Below are positions 17,507 to 25,434 of a stretch of DNA of 32,000 nucleotides, one piece after another (within the stretch, counting starts at the first letter, position 1; each line of letters opens with the position of its first letter). Origin of the DNA: Trichodesmium erythraeum IMS101 (lineage in GTDB: Bacteria; Cyanobacteriota; Cyanobacteriia; Cyanobacteriales; Microcoleaceae); contig NC_008312.1 of the NCBI RefSeq assembly GCF_000014265.1, positions 6,690,001-6,722,000 of the forward strand, read 5' to 3'. Both the position numbers and the translations under genes were made by a program. The notes under the pieces were generated by a model. It worked only from the letters and a program-made list of their open reading frames with translations, did no database searches and was not told the origin of the DNA.

Positions 17507-20155
17507 TTAAAGAGTTCTCCCGCCATCGCAGACAAGACGAAAACCAGTATCGTAGTTGAGGTCGACGCGCCTATAAAAGTAGTTGCGAACCGCAGAACGG
17601 CAATTAATAGGAAGGTTGAGCCAAGAACCGCCCCGCAGCGGTGATCGTTCTTTATTTCCATTTAGCCAAACACTGCCATCTGTAGGCGCACCAGCATAGT
17701 TATTATGCCATTCATCCGCACACCACTCCCACACATTTCCATGCATGTCATACAAACCAAAAGCATTAGCAGGAAATTGACCTACAGGAGTTGTTTGTTC
17801 TCTATATTTTCCTTTTGGTCCATTGCCGTAAGTGTAGTTACCATCATAGTTAACTAATTCAGTTGTTATAGTCTCTCCAAAGTAGAAAGGTGTAGTAGTT
17901 CCTGCGCGACAAGCATATTCCCACTCTGCTTCACTCGGTAGTCTATAGTCTCTTCCTGTTTTCTTAGAGAGCTTTTGACAAAACTCTGTAGCGTTATTCC
18001 AACTTACACATTCCACAGGGCGATTTTTTCCTTTAAATTCCGAAGGATCATTTCCCATTATTGCTTGCCACTGTTGTTGAGTAACGACATACTTTCCCAT
18101 CCAAAATTCTGGCACATCTACATAATGTTGCGGACCTTCCTTGTCAAGTCTTTCTGCTTCCGTATCTGGAGACCCCATTAGAAACCTACCTCCAGGAATT
18201 TTCACCATTTCTAAAGACACTCCATTACCCAAATCTTCAATTATCTGTCTAGCGCTTTCTTGCCTACGGTTAACAATACTTCCAGAAGCATTAACCCTTA
18301 CAACTTCAAAAGTAAATAATTTTCCTTTTTCTGGTTGAGATGTTTGTGGCTGAGATATTTGTGGTGGAGAAATATGCTGAGTTTTCCCGCCATCGCAGAC
18401 AAGACGAAAACCAGTAATGAAGAAGTGGTCGTCGCGCCTAACAGAGTAGGTGTCGCGAACCGCAGAACGGCAATAATTAGGAAGGTCGTACCAAGAACCG
18501 CCCCGCAGCGGTGATCGTTCTTTATTTCCATTTAGCCAAACACTGCCATCTGTAGGCGCACCAGCATAGTTATTATGCCATTCATCCGCACACCACTCCC
18601 ACACATTTCCATGCATGTCATACAAACCAAAAGCATTAGCAGGAAATTGACCTACAGGAGTTGTTTGTTCTCTATATTTTCCTTTTGGTTCATTGCCGTA
18701 AGTGTACTTGCCATCATAGTTGACTAATTCAGTTGTTATAGTCTCTCCAAAGTAGAAAGGTGTAGTTGTCCCAGCACGACAAGCATATTCCCACTCTGCT
18801 TCACTCGGTAGTCTATAGTCTCTTCCTGTTTTCTTAGAGAGCTTTTGACAAAACTCTGTAGCGTTATTCCAACTTACACATTCCACAGGGCGATTTTTTC
18901 CTTTAAATTTCGAAGGATCATTTCCCATTATTGCTTGCCACTGTTGTTGAGTAACGACATACTTTCCCATCCAAAATTCTGGCACATCTACATAATGTTG
19001 CGGACCTTCATTACTATGTCTTTTTGCTTCCGTATTTGGAGACCCCATTAGAAACCTACCTCCAGGAATTTTTACCATTTCTAAAGACACTCCATTACCC
19101 AAATCTTCAATTATCTGTCTAGCGCTTTCTTGCCTACGGTTAACAATACTTCCAGAAGCATTAACCCTTACAACTTCAAAAGTAAATAATTTTCCTTTTT
19201 CTGGTTGAGCTCTTTGTGGCTGAGATATTTGTGGTGGAGAAATATGCTGAGTTTTCCTTTGAGAAGTCGGTTGAATAACAGACAAAATTTCTCCTACATT
19301 TTGAAACCTTTTCTTAGTTGCTCCCACAATCATTTTATCCAATATTTCCCCACATTCATTACTCACATTTGATTGTAAATAATCCCGCCATACCCAATCA
19401 TTTTCACTCACATCAAATAAGTCAAAAGGTTCTATTTGAGTTAATAAATGAATACAAGTTACACCTAGACTATAAATATCACTTACAAAACTTGCTTTTC
19501 CTACTGACTGTTCTGGTGCCACATATCCCGCAGAACCTATAACCGTTCCCGTTCTTCCTAAAGCTGTCATTGTCGCATATTTAGCTGCTCCACAATCTAC
19601 TAATACTAATTGATTATCTTTTCTTCTCCTAATAATATTTTCTGGTTTAATATCTCTGTGAATAATTTGTTGGGAATGAATAAATTCTAAAACTGGTAAT
19701 AAACTTTTTAATAATTCTAATATTTGATTTTCACTAAAAGCACCTGACTCTTCTAGTTCCTGCTTTAAATTTTGCCCATCAATAAATTCTTGCACTAAAT
19801 ATTGCCGATTATTCTGAGTAAAATATGCTAAAAGTTCTGGTATTTGTGAATGCCTACCTAAACCATCTAAACGTTCTGCTTCTTGAGCAAATAATTTCGC
19901 AGCTTTTTCCAAATTTTTAGTTCCTTGTGCTTGAGGAAAAAATTGTTTAATTACACAAAAAGGCTTTGAAGGTTTATCTTCATCTACAGCTTGAAAAGTT
20001 CTACCAAAACCTCCTTCTCCGATTATTTTCAGAGGGCGATAACGTTCTCTTAATACTAATTTTTCACCACAGCTAGTACAGAATTTTGTTTGTGCTTGGT
20101 TAACTTCTAAACAGTCAGGGTTTAAACATTGAGTCGTTTCAATTTTTAGAGTCAT
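17507..20155 (-). CDS. Ser/Thr protein kinase with N-terminal zinc ribbon and two tandem FGE-sulfatase / C-type-lectin-fold domains
   Basis: 882 aa. Zinc ribbon CLNPDC...CTSCGE. Hanks kinase motifs GEGGFGRTF, VIKQ, HRDIKPEN, DCG, GSAGYVAPE. These are followed by two ~290-aa copies of an FGE-type domain (MVKIPGGRFLMGSP...PVECVSWNNATEFC...YRLPSEAEWEYACRAG...GNVWEWC...RGGSW...GFRLVC). Confidence 0.9.
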   Translation of the reverse strand: MTLKIETTQCLNPDCLEVNQAQTKFCTSCGEKLVLRERYRPLKIIGEGGFGRTFQAVDEDKPSKPFCVIKQFFPQAQGTKNLEKAAKLFAQEAERLDGLGRHSQIPELLAYFTQNNRQYLVQEFIDGQNLKQELEESGAFSENQILELLKSLLPVLEFIHSQQIIHRDIKPENIIRRRKDNQLVLVDCGAAKYATMTALGRTGTVIGSAGYVAPEQSVGKASFVSDIYSLGVTCIHLLTQIEPFDLFDVSENDWVWRDYLQSNVSNECGEILDKMIVGATKKRFQNVGEILSVIQPTSQRKTQHISPPQISQPQRAQPEKGKLFTFEVVRVNASGSIVNRRQESARQIIEDLGNGVSLEMVKIPGGRFLMGSPNTEAKRHSNEGPQHYVDVPEFWMGKYVVTQQQWQAIMGNDPSKFKGKNRPVECVSWNNATEFCQKLSKKTGRDYRLPSEAEWEYACRAGTTTPFYFGETITTELVNYDGKYTYGNEPKGKYREQTTPVGQFPANAFGLYDMHGNVWEWCADEWHNNYAGAPTDGSVWLNGNKERSPLRGGSWYDLPNYCRSAVRDTYSVRRDDHFFITGFRLVCDGGKTQHISPPQISQPQTSQPEKGKLFTFEVVRVNASGSIVNRRQESARQIIEDLGNGVSLEMVKIPGGRFLMGSPDTEAERLDKEGPQHYVDVPEFWMGKYVVTQQQWQAIMGNDPSEFKGKNRPVECVSWNNATEFCQKLSKKTGRDYRLPSEAEWEYACRAGTTTPFYFGETITTELVNYDGNYTYGNGPKGKYREQTTPVGQFPANAFGLYDMHGNVWEWCADEWHNNYAGAPTDGSVWLNGNKERSPLRGGSWLNLPINCRSAVRNYFYRRVDLNYDTGFRLVCDGGRTL
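17549..17620 (-). other. Hypervariable patch B (DGR variable-region-like) at the C-terminus of the kinase
   Basis: Encodes W-LN-LP-IN-CRSAVR-NYFYRRVDLNYD-TGFRLV. See the first finding for the codon-position analysis. Confidence 0.45.
18416..18490 (-). other. Hypervariable patch A (DGR variable-region-like), internal copy
   Basis: Encodes W-YD-LP-NY-CRSAVR-DTYSVRRDDHFFI-TGFRLV. It is one codon longer than patch B. Confidence 0.45.
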
Positions 20156-20253
20156 TTTAATTTTTAGTTATAAAATTATGCAGATAAATTATATAAAGCT
20201 ATAATTATAGCAATGCTATTTTATTTGTGGCAAAAATCTTACTGCTTTTTAGG

Positions 20254-20281
20254 TAACAAGCAACAGGCAACAGCCAACAGG
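20254..20281. repeat. STRR-like heptamer run
   Basis: TAACAAG CAACAGG CAACAGC CAACAGG in register. It resembles the short tandemly repeated heptamers (CAACAGT type) known from heterocystous cyanobacteria. Confidence 0.7.
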
Positions 20282-20539
20282 TAAGAGACTCAACTTTTTG
20301 ATCTACTTTTTGATTTGCCGGAACCTATGGGCGGATGGCTATATCTATTCTCATCATTTTCACACAGCCCTACTCTAAGAACTCTTAAAACTGCTGGGAC
20401 CATAGAAACCGGGTTTCTTCTTTCGAGTCTCTTGTTGTTACCTTTATAGCTGTTGTGAGATTCTCCCACTGCGACCATAAGGACCTTGTATACAACATCC
20501 TCAACATTAATTCATATTTTTTACCTAGAAATGAAACAC

Positions 20540-21412
20540 TTATGAAACCGCTTTTGTTATTTTCATACTTAAATCTAACCAAGTTGACCGAGTAATAGGA
20601 GCACTAGTCGAAATATAATCAACTCCGGTTTCCGCAACATTTCTAATAGTTTCCAGGGTAATATTTCCCGAGGCTTCAATTTTAATCCGACTATTATTTT
20701 GCCGAATCATTTTAACCGCTTGCTCCATCACTTCAACAGACATATTATCAAGCATAATAATATCCGCTTGATGCTCCAAAGCCCTCTCAACCTCCACCAA
20801 TGTTTCCGTCTCCACCTCAATAGTCAAAGGATAAGGTATCCTTTCTCTCACCTTAGCGATCGCTTCCCCAATACCTCCAGCAGCAGCAATATGATTATCT
20901 TTAATCATCACCCCATCATCCAAACCCATCCGATGATTTTTCGCCCCACCAACTTGAGTAGCATACTTTTCCAAAATTCTCAGACCAGGGGTTGTTTTCC
21001 GAGTATCAACCAACTGTACTGGCAGACCAGCAATTTTCTCCACATATTTACGAGTCATAGTTGCTATCCCACTCAGACGCATCCCCAAATTTAAAGCCAC
21101 CCTTTCCCCAGTCAGTAAACTATCTAAAGACCCATCCAACTTAGCAACTACAGTTCCCTTCTCACACCATTCTCCCTCAGCAACAGTAGGTAAAAAGTTT
21201 ACCTGCTGGTCTAGAAGTTCAAATACCCTAGCGGCTATAGGCAAACCTGCAATAACCCCAGGCTCCTTTATTAACCAATGGCCTGTTCCTACAATTACCT
21301 CATCTTCTAGTAAAAGGCCAGAAGTTGTGCGATCGCCGCGACCAATATCTTCTAGCAACCAATCTTTTAATAAATTATCTAATATTATTTTTGGAGGTAT
21401 GACCCCTTTCAT
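20540..21412 (-). CDS. nadC: Nicotinate-nucleotide pyrophosphorylase (carboxylating) / quinolinate phosphoribosyltransferase
   Basis: 290 aa. Typical NadC blocks: WLLEDIGRGDRTT, ERVALNLGMRLSGIAT, DTRKTTPGLR, GGAKNHRMGLDDGVMIKDNH, IEVE, IMLDNM, EASGNITLETI. Confidence 0.9.
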   Translation of the reverse strand: MKGVIPPKIILDNLLKDWLLEDIGRGDRTTSGLLLEDEVIVGTGHWLIKEPGVIAGLPIAARVFELLDQQVNFLPTVAEGEWCEKGTVVAKLDGSLDSLLTGERVALNLGMRLSGIATMTRKYVEKIAGLPVQLVDTRKTTPGLRILEKYATQVGGAKNHRMGLDDGVMIKDNHIAAAGGIGEAIAKVRERIPYPLTIEVETETLVEVERALEHQADIIMLDNMSVEVMEQAVKMIRQNNSRIKIEASGNITLETIRNVAETGVDYISTSAPITRSTWLDLSMKITKAVS

Positions 21413-22075
21413 AGTTTTCCCTATTTGCGAAAATCAAACAAAAAATTTTTTTCCAGTACAATCAATAATAACCATCTTGTACATTCCCCATATCTCTACT
21501 ACTTTAAGATTAAAATACAGGGTCGATCAAAATATCCATGCTGAACTGAAAAAGCATTAAATCCACCCTTTCATTTTCAGTTAATTGTAGTTAACCTTAT
21601 ATATTTGCTGATATGCTCCAATAATTGATAATACCACCTGATTCAGAAAATTAATGATTAACTCAGCAATTCATTTGTCCAGTACTAAAACCTCCATCAA
21701 CTCTAGCAATAGTTAAAGTAGATAGCCATAGTTCAGATTAGCAATTTTAGCCAGCACTGGAGCAACCATATTCATCTTTTCCCATCCCATTAAAAATATA
21801 GGAAACTCAAATTTTTTTTTTCAGACAAACTCTTCATCATTATTAGTAACTAGATGAACTTAGGGATAACTCATTTTGTAAGCTCGTTTAACTTCAAAAT
21901 TAATTTTTCAAAGTTACTTAATCATTTTTGAGGGTCAATGTCCCTTTGTCTTAACCCTTGTCCACTCCCGGCCAAGTTTGATCAACAGACATCTGGGCCA
22001 AAATAAAATATTTTAATTAGCCTGATTACTAATTATTATTAGGCCAGGAATTTTGCTAAATTCCATTAAACTAAC

Positions 22076-22120
22076 CAAAAAAAAACAAAGGTCCTTTTGT
22101 ATCGTTAAAAGGACCTTTGT
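22076..22120 (-). terminator. Strong intrinsic terminator after the 5S rRNA gene
   Basis: Perfect 14-bp stem ACAAAGGTCCTTTT (22085-22098) / AAAAGGACCTTTGT (22107-22120) with an 8-nt loop. On the minus strand it is followed by nine T residues (plus-strand A-run 22076-22084). Confidence 0.8.
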
Positions 22121-22130
22121 TTATATTTAA

Positions 22131-22246
22131 CCTGGCATCGTGCTATTTTACCGGGCAGCTACCCACCGAGTATCTTCACCACTGCAGCGTTTCACTTCCG
22201 AGTTCGAGATGGATCGGAGTGGTTCCACTGCGTCATAGACACCAGG
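22131..22246 (-). rRNA. rrf: 5S ribosomal RNA (116 nt)
   Basis: The reverse complement reads CCTGGTGTCTATGACGCAGTGGAACCACTCCGATCCATCTCGAACTCGGAAGTGAAACGCTGCAGTGGTGAAGATACTCGGTGGGTAGCTGCCCGGTAAAATAGCACGATGCCAGG. The terminal helix I is CCUGGUGUC/GAUGCCAGG. The loop C/E boxes (CGAACUCGGAAGUGAAACG, GGGUAGC) match bacterial 5S. Confidence 0.9.
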
Positions 22247-22331
22247 AAAAGCTAGTTAACTATAATCTTTTTTGTTATAATTACCTTTGACTGTTCAGGT
22301 CGCCGGTTGCTTTCTTTTCCTTACATTTACT

Positions 22332-22360
22332 ACTATAAATACCTTTTCCATAAATGTCAA
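22332..22360 (-). promoter_or_regulatory. Near-consensus sigma70 promoter upstream of the 5S gene
   Basis: Minus strand: TTGACA (22360-22355), a 17-nt spacer, TATAGT (22337-22332). The predicted start is about 80 nt upstream of the mature 5S 5' end. Confidence 0.5.
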
Positions 22361-22498
22361 CCCCCTAAGCAAAATTTTTTTTTCACCCCCAACTTTTCCC
22401 TAAAATCGGCCATTTTTCCTAAAATCAGGCACCCAAAAACTGTCATCTAGGGGCCATCTGTATATTTGTGGCCCAAATTAAGCTCTAACCTTTCTTCT

Positions 22499-22870
22499 TT
22501 ACTGAATTTTCCCTTTTTTCTCAAACCATTTAACAACTTGTTGGACAGTTAAATCCTGAAGTGCTACAGCAGATTCTTGAGCAACTTGTTTTAAAGGGGA
22601 CAAGGAGGCCATCACCAATCTAGTAAAGAAGCTCTCAAAACTAGGGTCTGAATCTAAATTTTGCTTCAGACTTTTGTCCTTTTGCATCCAAGCCTTCACC
22701 TGTTCAGCAGGTATTTCCTCTAGAGTCAAACCTGTTTCCCTTGCTATTTGCCTTAAACACCTTAAAGAATAAATGGCCAAACGCGTTGAAAACTTATCTT
22801 TTGAAGTTAAGAGAGCTGCATCAACTTGAGCCGACTCCTCGGAAGTTAAAAAATTTAGAGATGATTCCAT
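22499..22870 (-). CDS. Hypothetical protein with two internal ~40-aa repeats
   Basis: I prefer the ATG at 22870 (MESSLNFLTSEESAQVDAALL...) over the TTG at 22924. The repeats TRLAIYSLRCLRQIARETGLTLEEIPAEQVKAWMQK and TRLVMASLSPLKQVAQESAVALQDLTVQQVVKWFEK align without gaps. No family recognised. Confidence 0.55.
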   Translation of the reverse strand: MESSLNFLTSEESAQVDAALLTSKDKFSTRLAIYSLRCLRQIARETGLTLEEIPAEQVKAWMQKDKSLKQNLDSDPSFESFFTRLVMASLSPLKQVAQESAVALQDLTVQQVVKWFEKKGKIQ

Positions 22871-23060
22871 ATTAACTTTATGATTTGATATTTTTTGACT
22901 GACGGGAAAGGGGCATTCTAACAAAAGTTAAAAGTCAAAGGTCAAAAAGAGGAGGTTAAATTCTCAGTACCCACTGTATTGTATTTAGGAATTTGAGAAT
23001 ATTCTCACAAAAATGGCCACTGCTGCGATATGTCACTTTGAGTAATCTCTTTTTAAAATT

Positions 23061-23747
23061 TTATTTTTTAGTAATTAAATAACCACAGCGATGTTCTCCA
23101 TTAACAATTGAGTGGGTTCTTTCCACAGTACAATCAGGCAGTACAGCACCAAACATCTCTAATTCATGGCCACAAACAATGGGAAAAGATTCGGCCACAT
23201 TAGATATGGCACAATTATGTTCTATTAATATATAGCCTTCAACTTCCTCTAAACTTGAATCACTTTTGAATTGTGAGTTTTGAGTTTTGACCTGTTCATT
23301 AGGGTACAATTCTGCCATGTAGCCCTCAGCTTTGCGAATTTCTACTAATTGGGCCATCCGCTCCTGTACTGAGCCTGTCCCCAATAGTTGGCGATAGTGC
23401 ATTGCTTTGCGTTGCCATTGTTCGTGCAGCACTTGGCTGAGTTGCTCATGTCCCATAGTTTCGGCAAAGGTATCGAGGAAAGAAACAGCGAATTTATCGT
23501 AGCTGTGGGGAAAGCGATCGCGTCCCTGGGTTGTCAGTTCATAAATATGTTGTGGCCTTCCCGTTCCTGTTCCTACTGATTTGTATGTAATTAGTCCTTC
23601 TCGTTCCAGATCCTTCAAATGACGACGTATAGCTTGGGGACTAATTTCTAGGGACTTAGCTAATTCTAAGGCAGTAGCTTGAGTTTGCTTCATCAAATGT
23701 TGCAGAATTTCTTGTTTGGTTGAATTTTGTTGAGTCGTTTCCATCAT
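23061..23747 (-). CDS. sufR: Fe-S cluster biogenesis transcriptional repressor SufR
   Basis: 228 aa. N-terminal winged-HTH region (ILQHLMKQTQATALELAKSLEISPQAIRRHLKDLEREGLI). C-terminal Cys ligand pattern (HNCAISNVAESFPIVCGHE...CGYL). Divergent from sufBCDS, as in other cyanobacteria. Confidence 0.9.
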   Translation of the reverse strand: MMETTQQNSTKQEILQHLMKQTQATALELAKSLEISPQAIRRHLKDLEREGLITYKSVGTGTGRPQHIYELTTQGRDRFPHSYDKFAVSFLDTFAETMGHEQLSQVLHEQWQRKAMHYRQLLGTGSVQERMAQLVEIRKAEGYMAELYPNEQVKTQNSQFKSDSSLEEVEGYILIEHNCAISNVAESFPIVCGHELEMFGAVLPDCTVERTHSIVNGEHRCGYLITKK

Positions 23748-23749
23748 TT

Positions 23750-23770
23750 CAGTTATCAGTTATCAGTTAT
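23750..23770. repeat. Three tandem heptamers directly upstream of the sufR start
   Basis: Plus strand CAGTTAT x3 (23750-56, 57-63, 64-70). On the sufR strand this reads ATAACTG ATAACTG ATAACTG AA ATG. Confidence 0.85.
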
Positions 23771-23896
23771 TAATACCGACCCCCTTCAGCCAGGGACTTA
23801 AATACTTATGACAAAAAATCTTTGTCGTCCCCTATCCCAGGGCGGGAGACCTAATTTTTTGGTTTTTTGGTAAAAAAAAAATATTTTTACTAGACT

Positions 23897-23957
23897 TTGA
23901 CAATATTAGTATTGTTAATGTAACATAAAAGAGAATTAAACAACAAATAAGTTGTTT
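23897..23957 (+). promoter_or_regulatory. sufB promoter region with two SufR-operator-like palindromes
   Basis: TTGACA (23897-23902), an 18-nt spacer, TAACAT (23921-23926). Palindromes: ACAAT-ATTAGT-ATTGT (23900-23915) and AAACAAC-AAATAA-GTTGTTT (23938-23957). The latter is the CAAC-N6-GTTG form reported for SufR sites. Confidence 0.55.
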
Positions 23958-23997
23958 AAGTATCCACCAAGTAAATATAACGAGGAAATTAAGTATA

Positions 23998-25434
23998 ATG
24001 ACTGCTAAAGTAACAAGTTTAGTCAATCAACCTTATAAATATGGTTTTGTCACTGATATTGAGTCAGACACAATTCCTCGTGGACTAAGCGAAGACATAG
24101 TTCGTCTGATATCTGCTAAAAAGAATGAACCAGAGTTCATGCTCAACTTTCGTCTCAAAGCATACAAGAAGTGGCTGCAAATGAAAGAACCACTTTGGGC
24201 ACATGTTGACTATCCAAAAATAGACTATCAGAATATTATTTACTATTCAGCACCAAAATTGCAAGACAAGAAGAAAAGTCTAGAGGAAGTAGACCCTACT
24301 TTGTTAGAAACTTTTGAGAAACTTGGCATTCCCCTCTCAGAGCAGAAACGTCTAAGCAACGTTGCGGTTGATGCTGTGTTTGATAGTGTTTCTGTTGCTA
24401 CTACTTTTAAAGAAAAGCTGGCTGAGGAAGGGGTAATTTTTGGCTCTATATCTGAAGCAGTACAGGAACATCCAGAGTTAGTAGAAAAATATCTGGGTAG
24501 TGTTGTACCAGTGGGGGATAATTTTTTTGCGGCTCTTAATTCTGCTGTGTTTAGTGATGGGTCTTTTGTGTTTATTCCTAAAGGTGTAAAGTGTCCGATG
24601 GATCTATCGACATACTTTAGAATTAATAATGGTGAGTCTGGTCAGTTTGAGCGGACTTTAATTGTGGCAGAGGAGGGTAGTTCAGTAACATATTTGGAAG
24701 GTTGCACTGCTCCAATGTTCGATACTAACCAACTTCACGCTGCGGTAGTTGAGCTGGTTACCCTTGACAATGCTGAAATTAAATATTCAACTGTGCAAAA
24801 TTGGTTTGCTGGGGATGAAAATGGTAAAGGTGGTATTTATAATTTTGTGACTAAGCGCGGTTTGTGTAAAGGAGTAAATTCTAAAATTTCTTGGACTCAG
24901 GTAGAGACTGGTTCAGCTATTACCTGGAAATATCCTAGTTGTGTTTTGGTGGGTGATAACTCAGTGGGAGAATTTTATTCTGTTGCTCTAACTAATAATA
25001 AACAACAAGCAGATACAGGCACAAAAATGGTACATGTTGGCAAAAATACTCGCAGTACAATTATTTCTAAAGGTATTTCTGCTGGGAACTCCGCTAATAG
25101 TTACCGTGGTTTAGTAAAAATGGGGCCTGGTGCTAAGGGATCACGGAACTATTCTCAATGTGACTCAATGTTAATAGGCGATCGCGCACAAGCAAATACT
25201 TTTCCTTATATTCAAGTAGATAATAATACTGCTAAGGTTGAACATGAAGCTTCTACTTCTAAAATTGGAGTTGACCAACTTTTCTATTTTGCTCAAAGAG
25301 GTATTTCTCCTGAGGATGCGGTTTCTATGATTATTAGTGGTTTTTGTAAGGATGTATTTAATGAATTACCAATGGAGTTTGCTGCGGAAGCTGATAAGTT
25401 ATTGAGTCTGAAATTAGAAGGTACAGTAGGTTAA
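23998..25434 (+). CDS. sufB: Fe-S cluster assembly scaffold protein SufB
   Basis: 478 aa. A canonical SufB sequence throughout (YKYGF...[13 protein letters not shown]...TYFRIN...[12 protein letters not shown]...YLEGCTAP...ISKGIS...YRGLV...CDSMLIGD...[10 protein letters not shown]). Confidence 0.95.
   Translation: MTAKVTSLVNQPYKYGFVTDIESDTIPRGLSEDIVRLISAKKNEPEFMLNFRLKAYKKWLQMKEPLWAHVDYPKIDYQNIIYYSAPKLQDKKKSLEEVDPTLLETFEKLGIPLSEQKRLSNVAVDAVFDSVSVATTFKEKLAEEGVIFGSISEAVQEHPELVEKYLGSVVPVGDNFFAALNSAVFSDGSFVFIPKGVKCPMDLSTYFRINNGESGQFERTLIVAEEGSSVTYLEGCTAPMFDTNQLHAAVVELVTLDNAEIKYSTVQNWFAGDENGKGGIYNFVTKRGLCKGVNSKISWTQVETGSAITWKYPSCVLVGDNSVGEFYSVALTNNKQQADTGTKMVHVGKNTRSTIISKGISAGNSANSYRGLVKMGPGAKGSRNYSQCDSMLIGDRAQANTFPYIQVDNNTAKVEHEASTSKIGVDQLFYFAQRGISPEDAVSMIISGFCKDVFNELPMEFAAEADKLLSLKLEGTVG

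Larger units (their letters stand above)
17519..19256. repeat. In-frame tandem duplication, 870/867-bp period, inside the kinase gene
   Basis: 17641-18386 aligns to 18511-19256 at an 870-bp offset with about 19 mismatches (hand count). 17519-17548 aligns to 18386-18415 at an 867-bp offset. The shadow ORFs at 17975 and 18845 are also duplicated. Confidence 0.95.

Noticed and set aside
20290-20582. Two overlapping minus-strand ORFs (62 and 65 aa) between the kinase and nadC
   Set aside because: They overlap each other, and one overlaps the nadC 3' end. Neither has a motif or a plausible start context. The region is treated as possible RNA or relic sequence instead.
22247-22498. Looked for a 23S rRNA 3' end or a tRNA upstream of the 5S gene
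   Set aside because: The sequence is AT-rich spacer with a promoter-like element and runs straight into a protein-coding ORF. No rRNA-like or cloverleaf-like sequence was seen (no GTTCGA/GTTCAA T-arm motifs anywhere in the window apart from the 5S itself).
23832-24026. 64-aa minus-strand ORF in the sufR-sufB intergenic region
   Set aside because: It overlaps the sufB start and the promoter/operator region. Its hydrophobic, low-complexity product is typical of AT-rich spacers.
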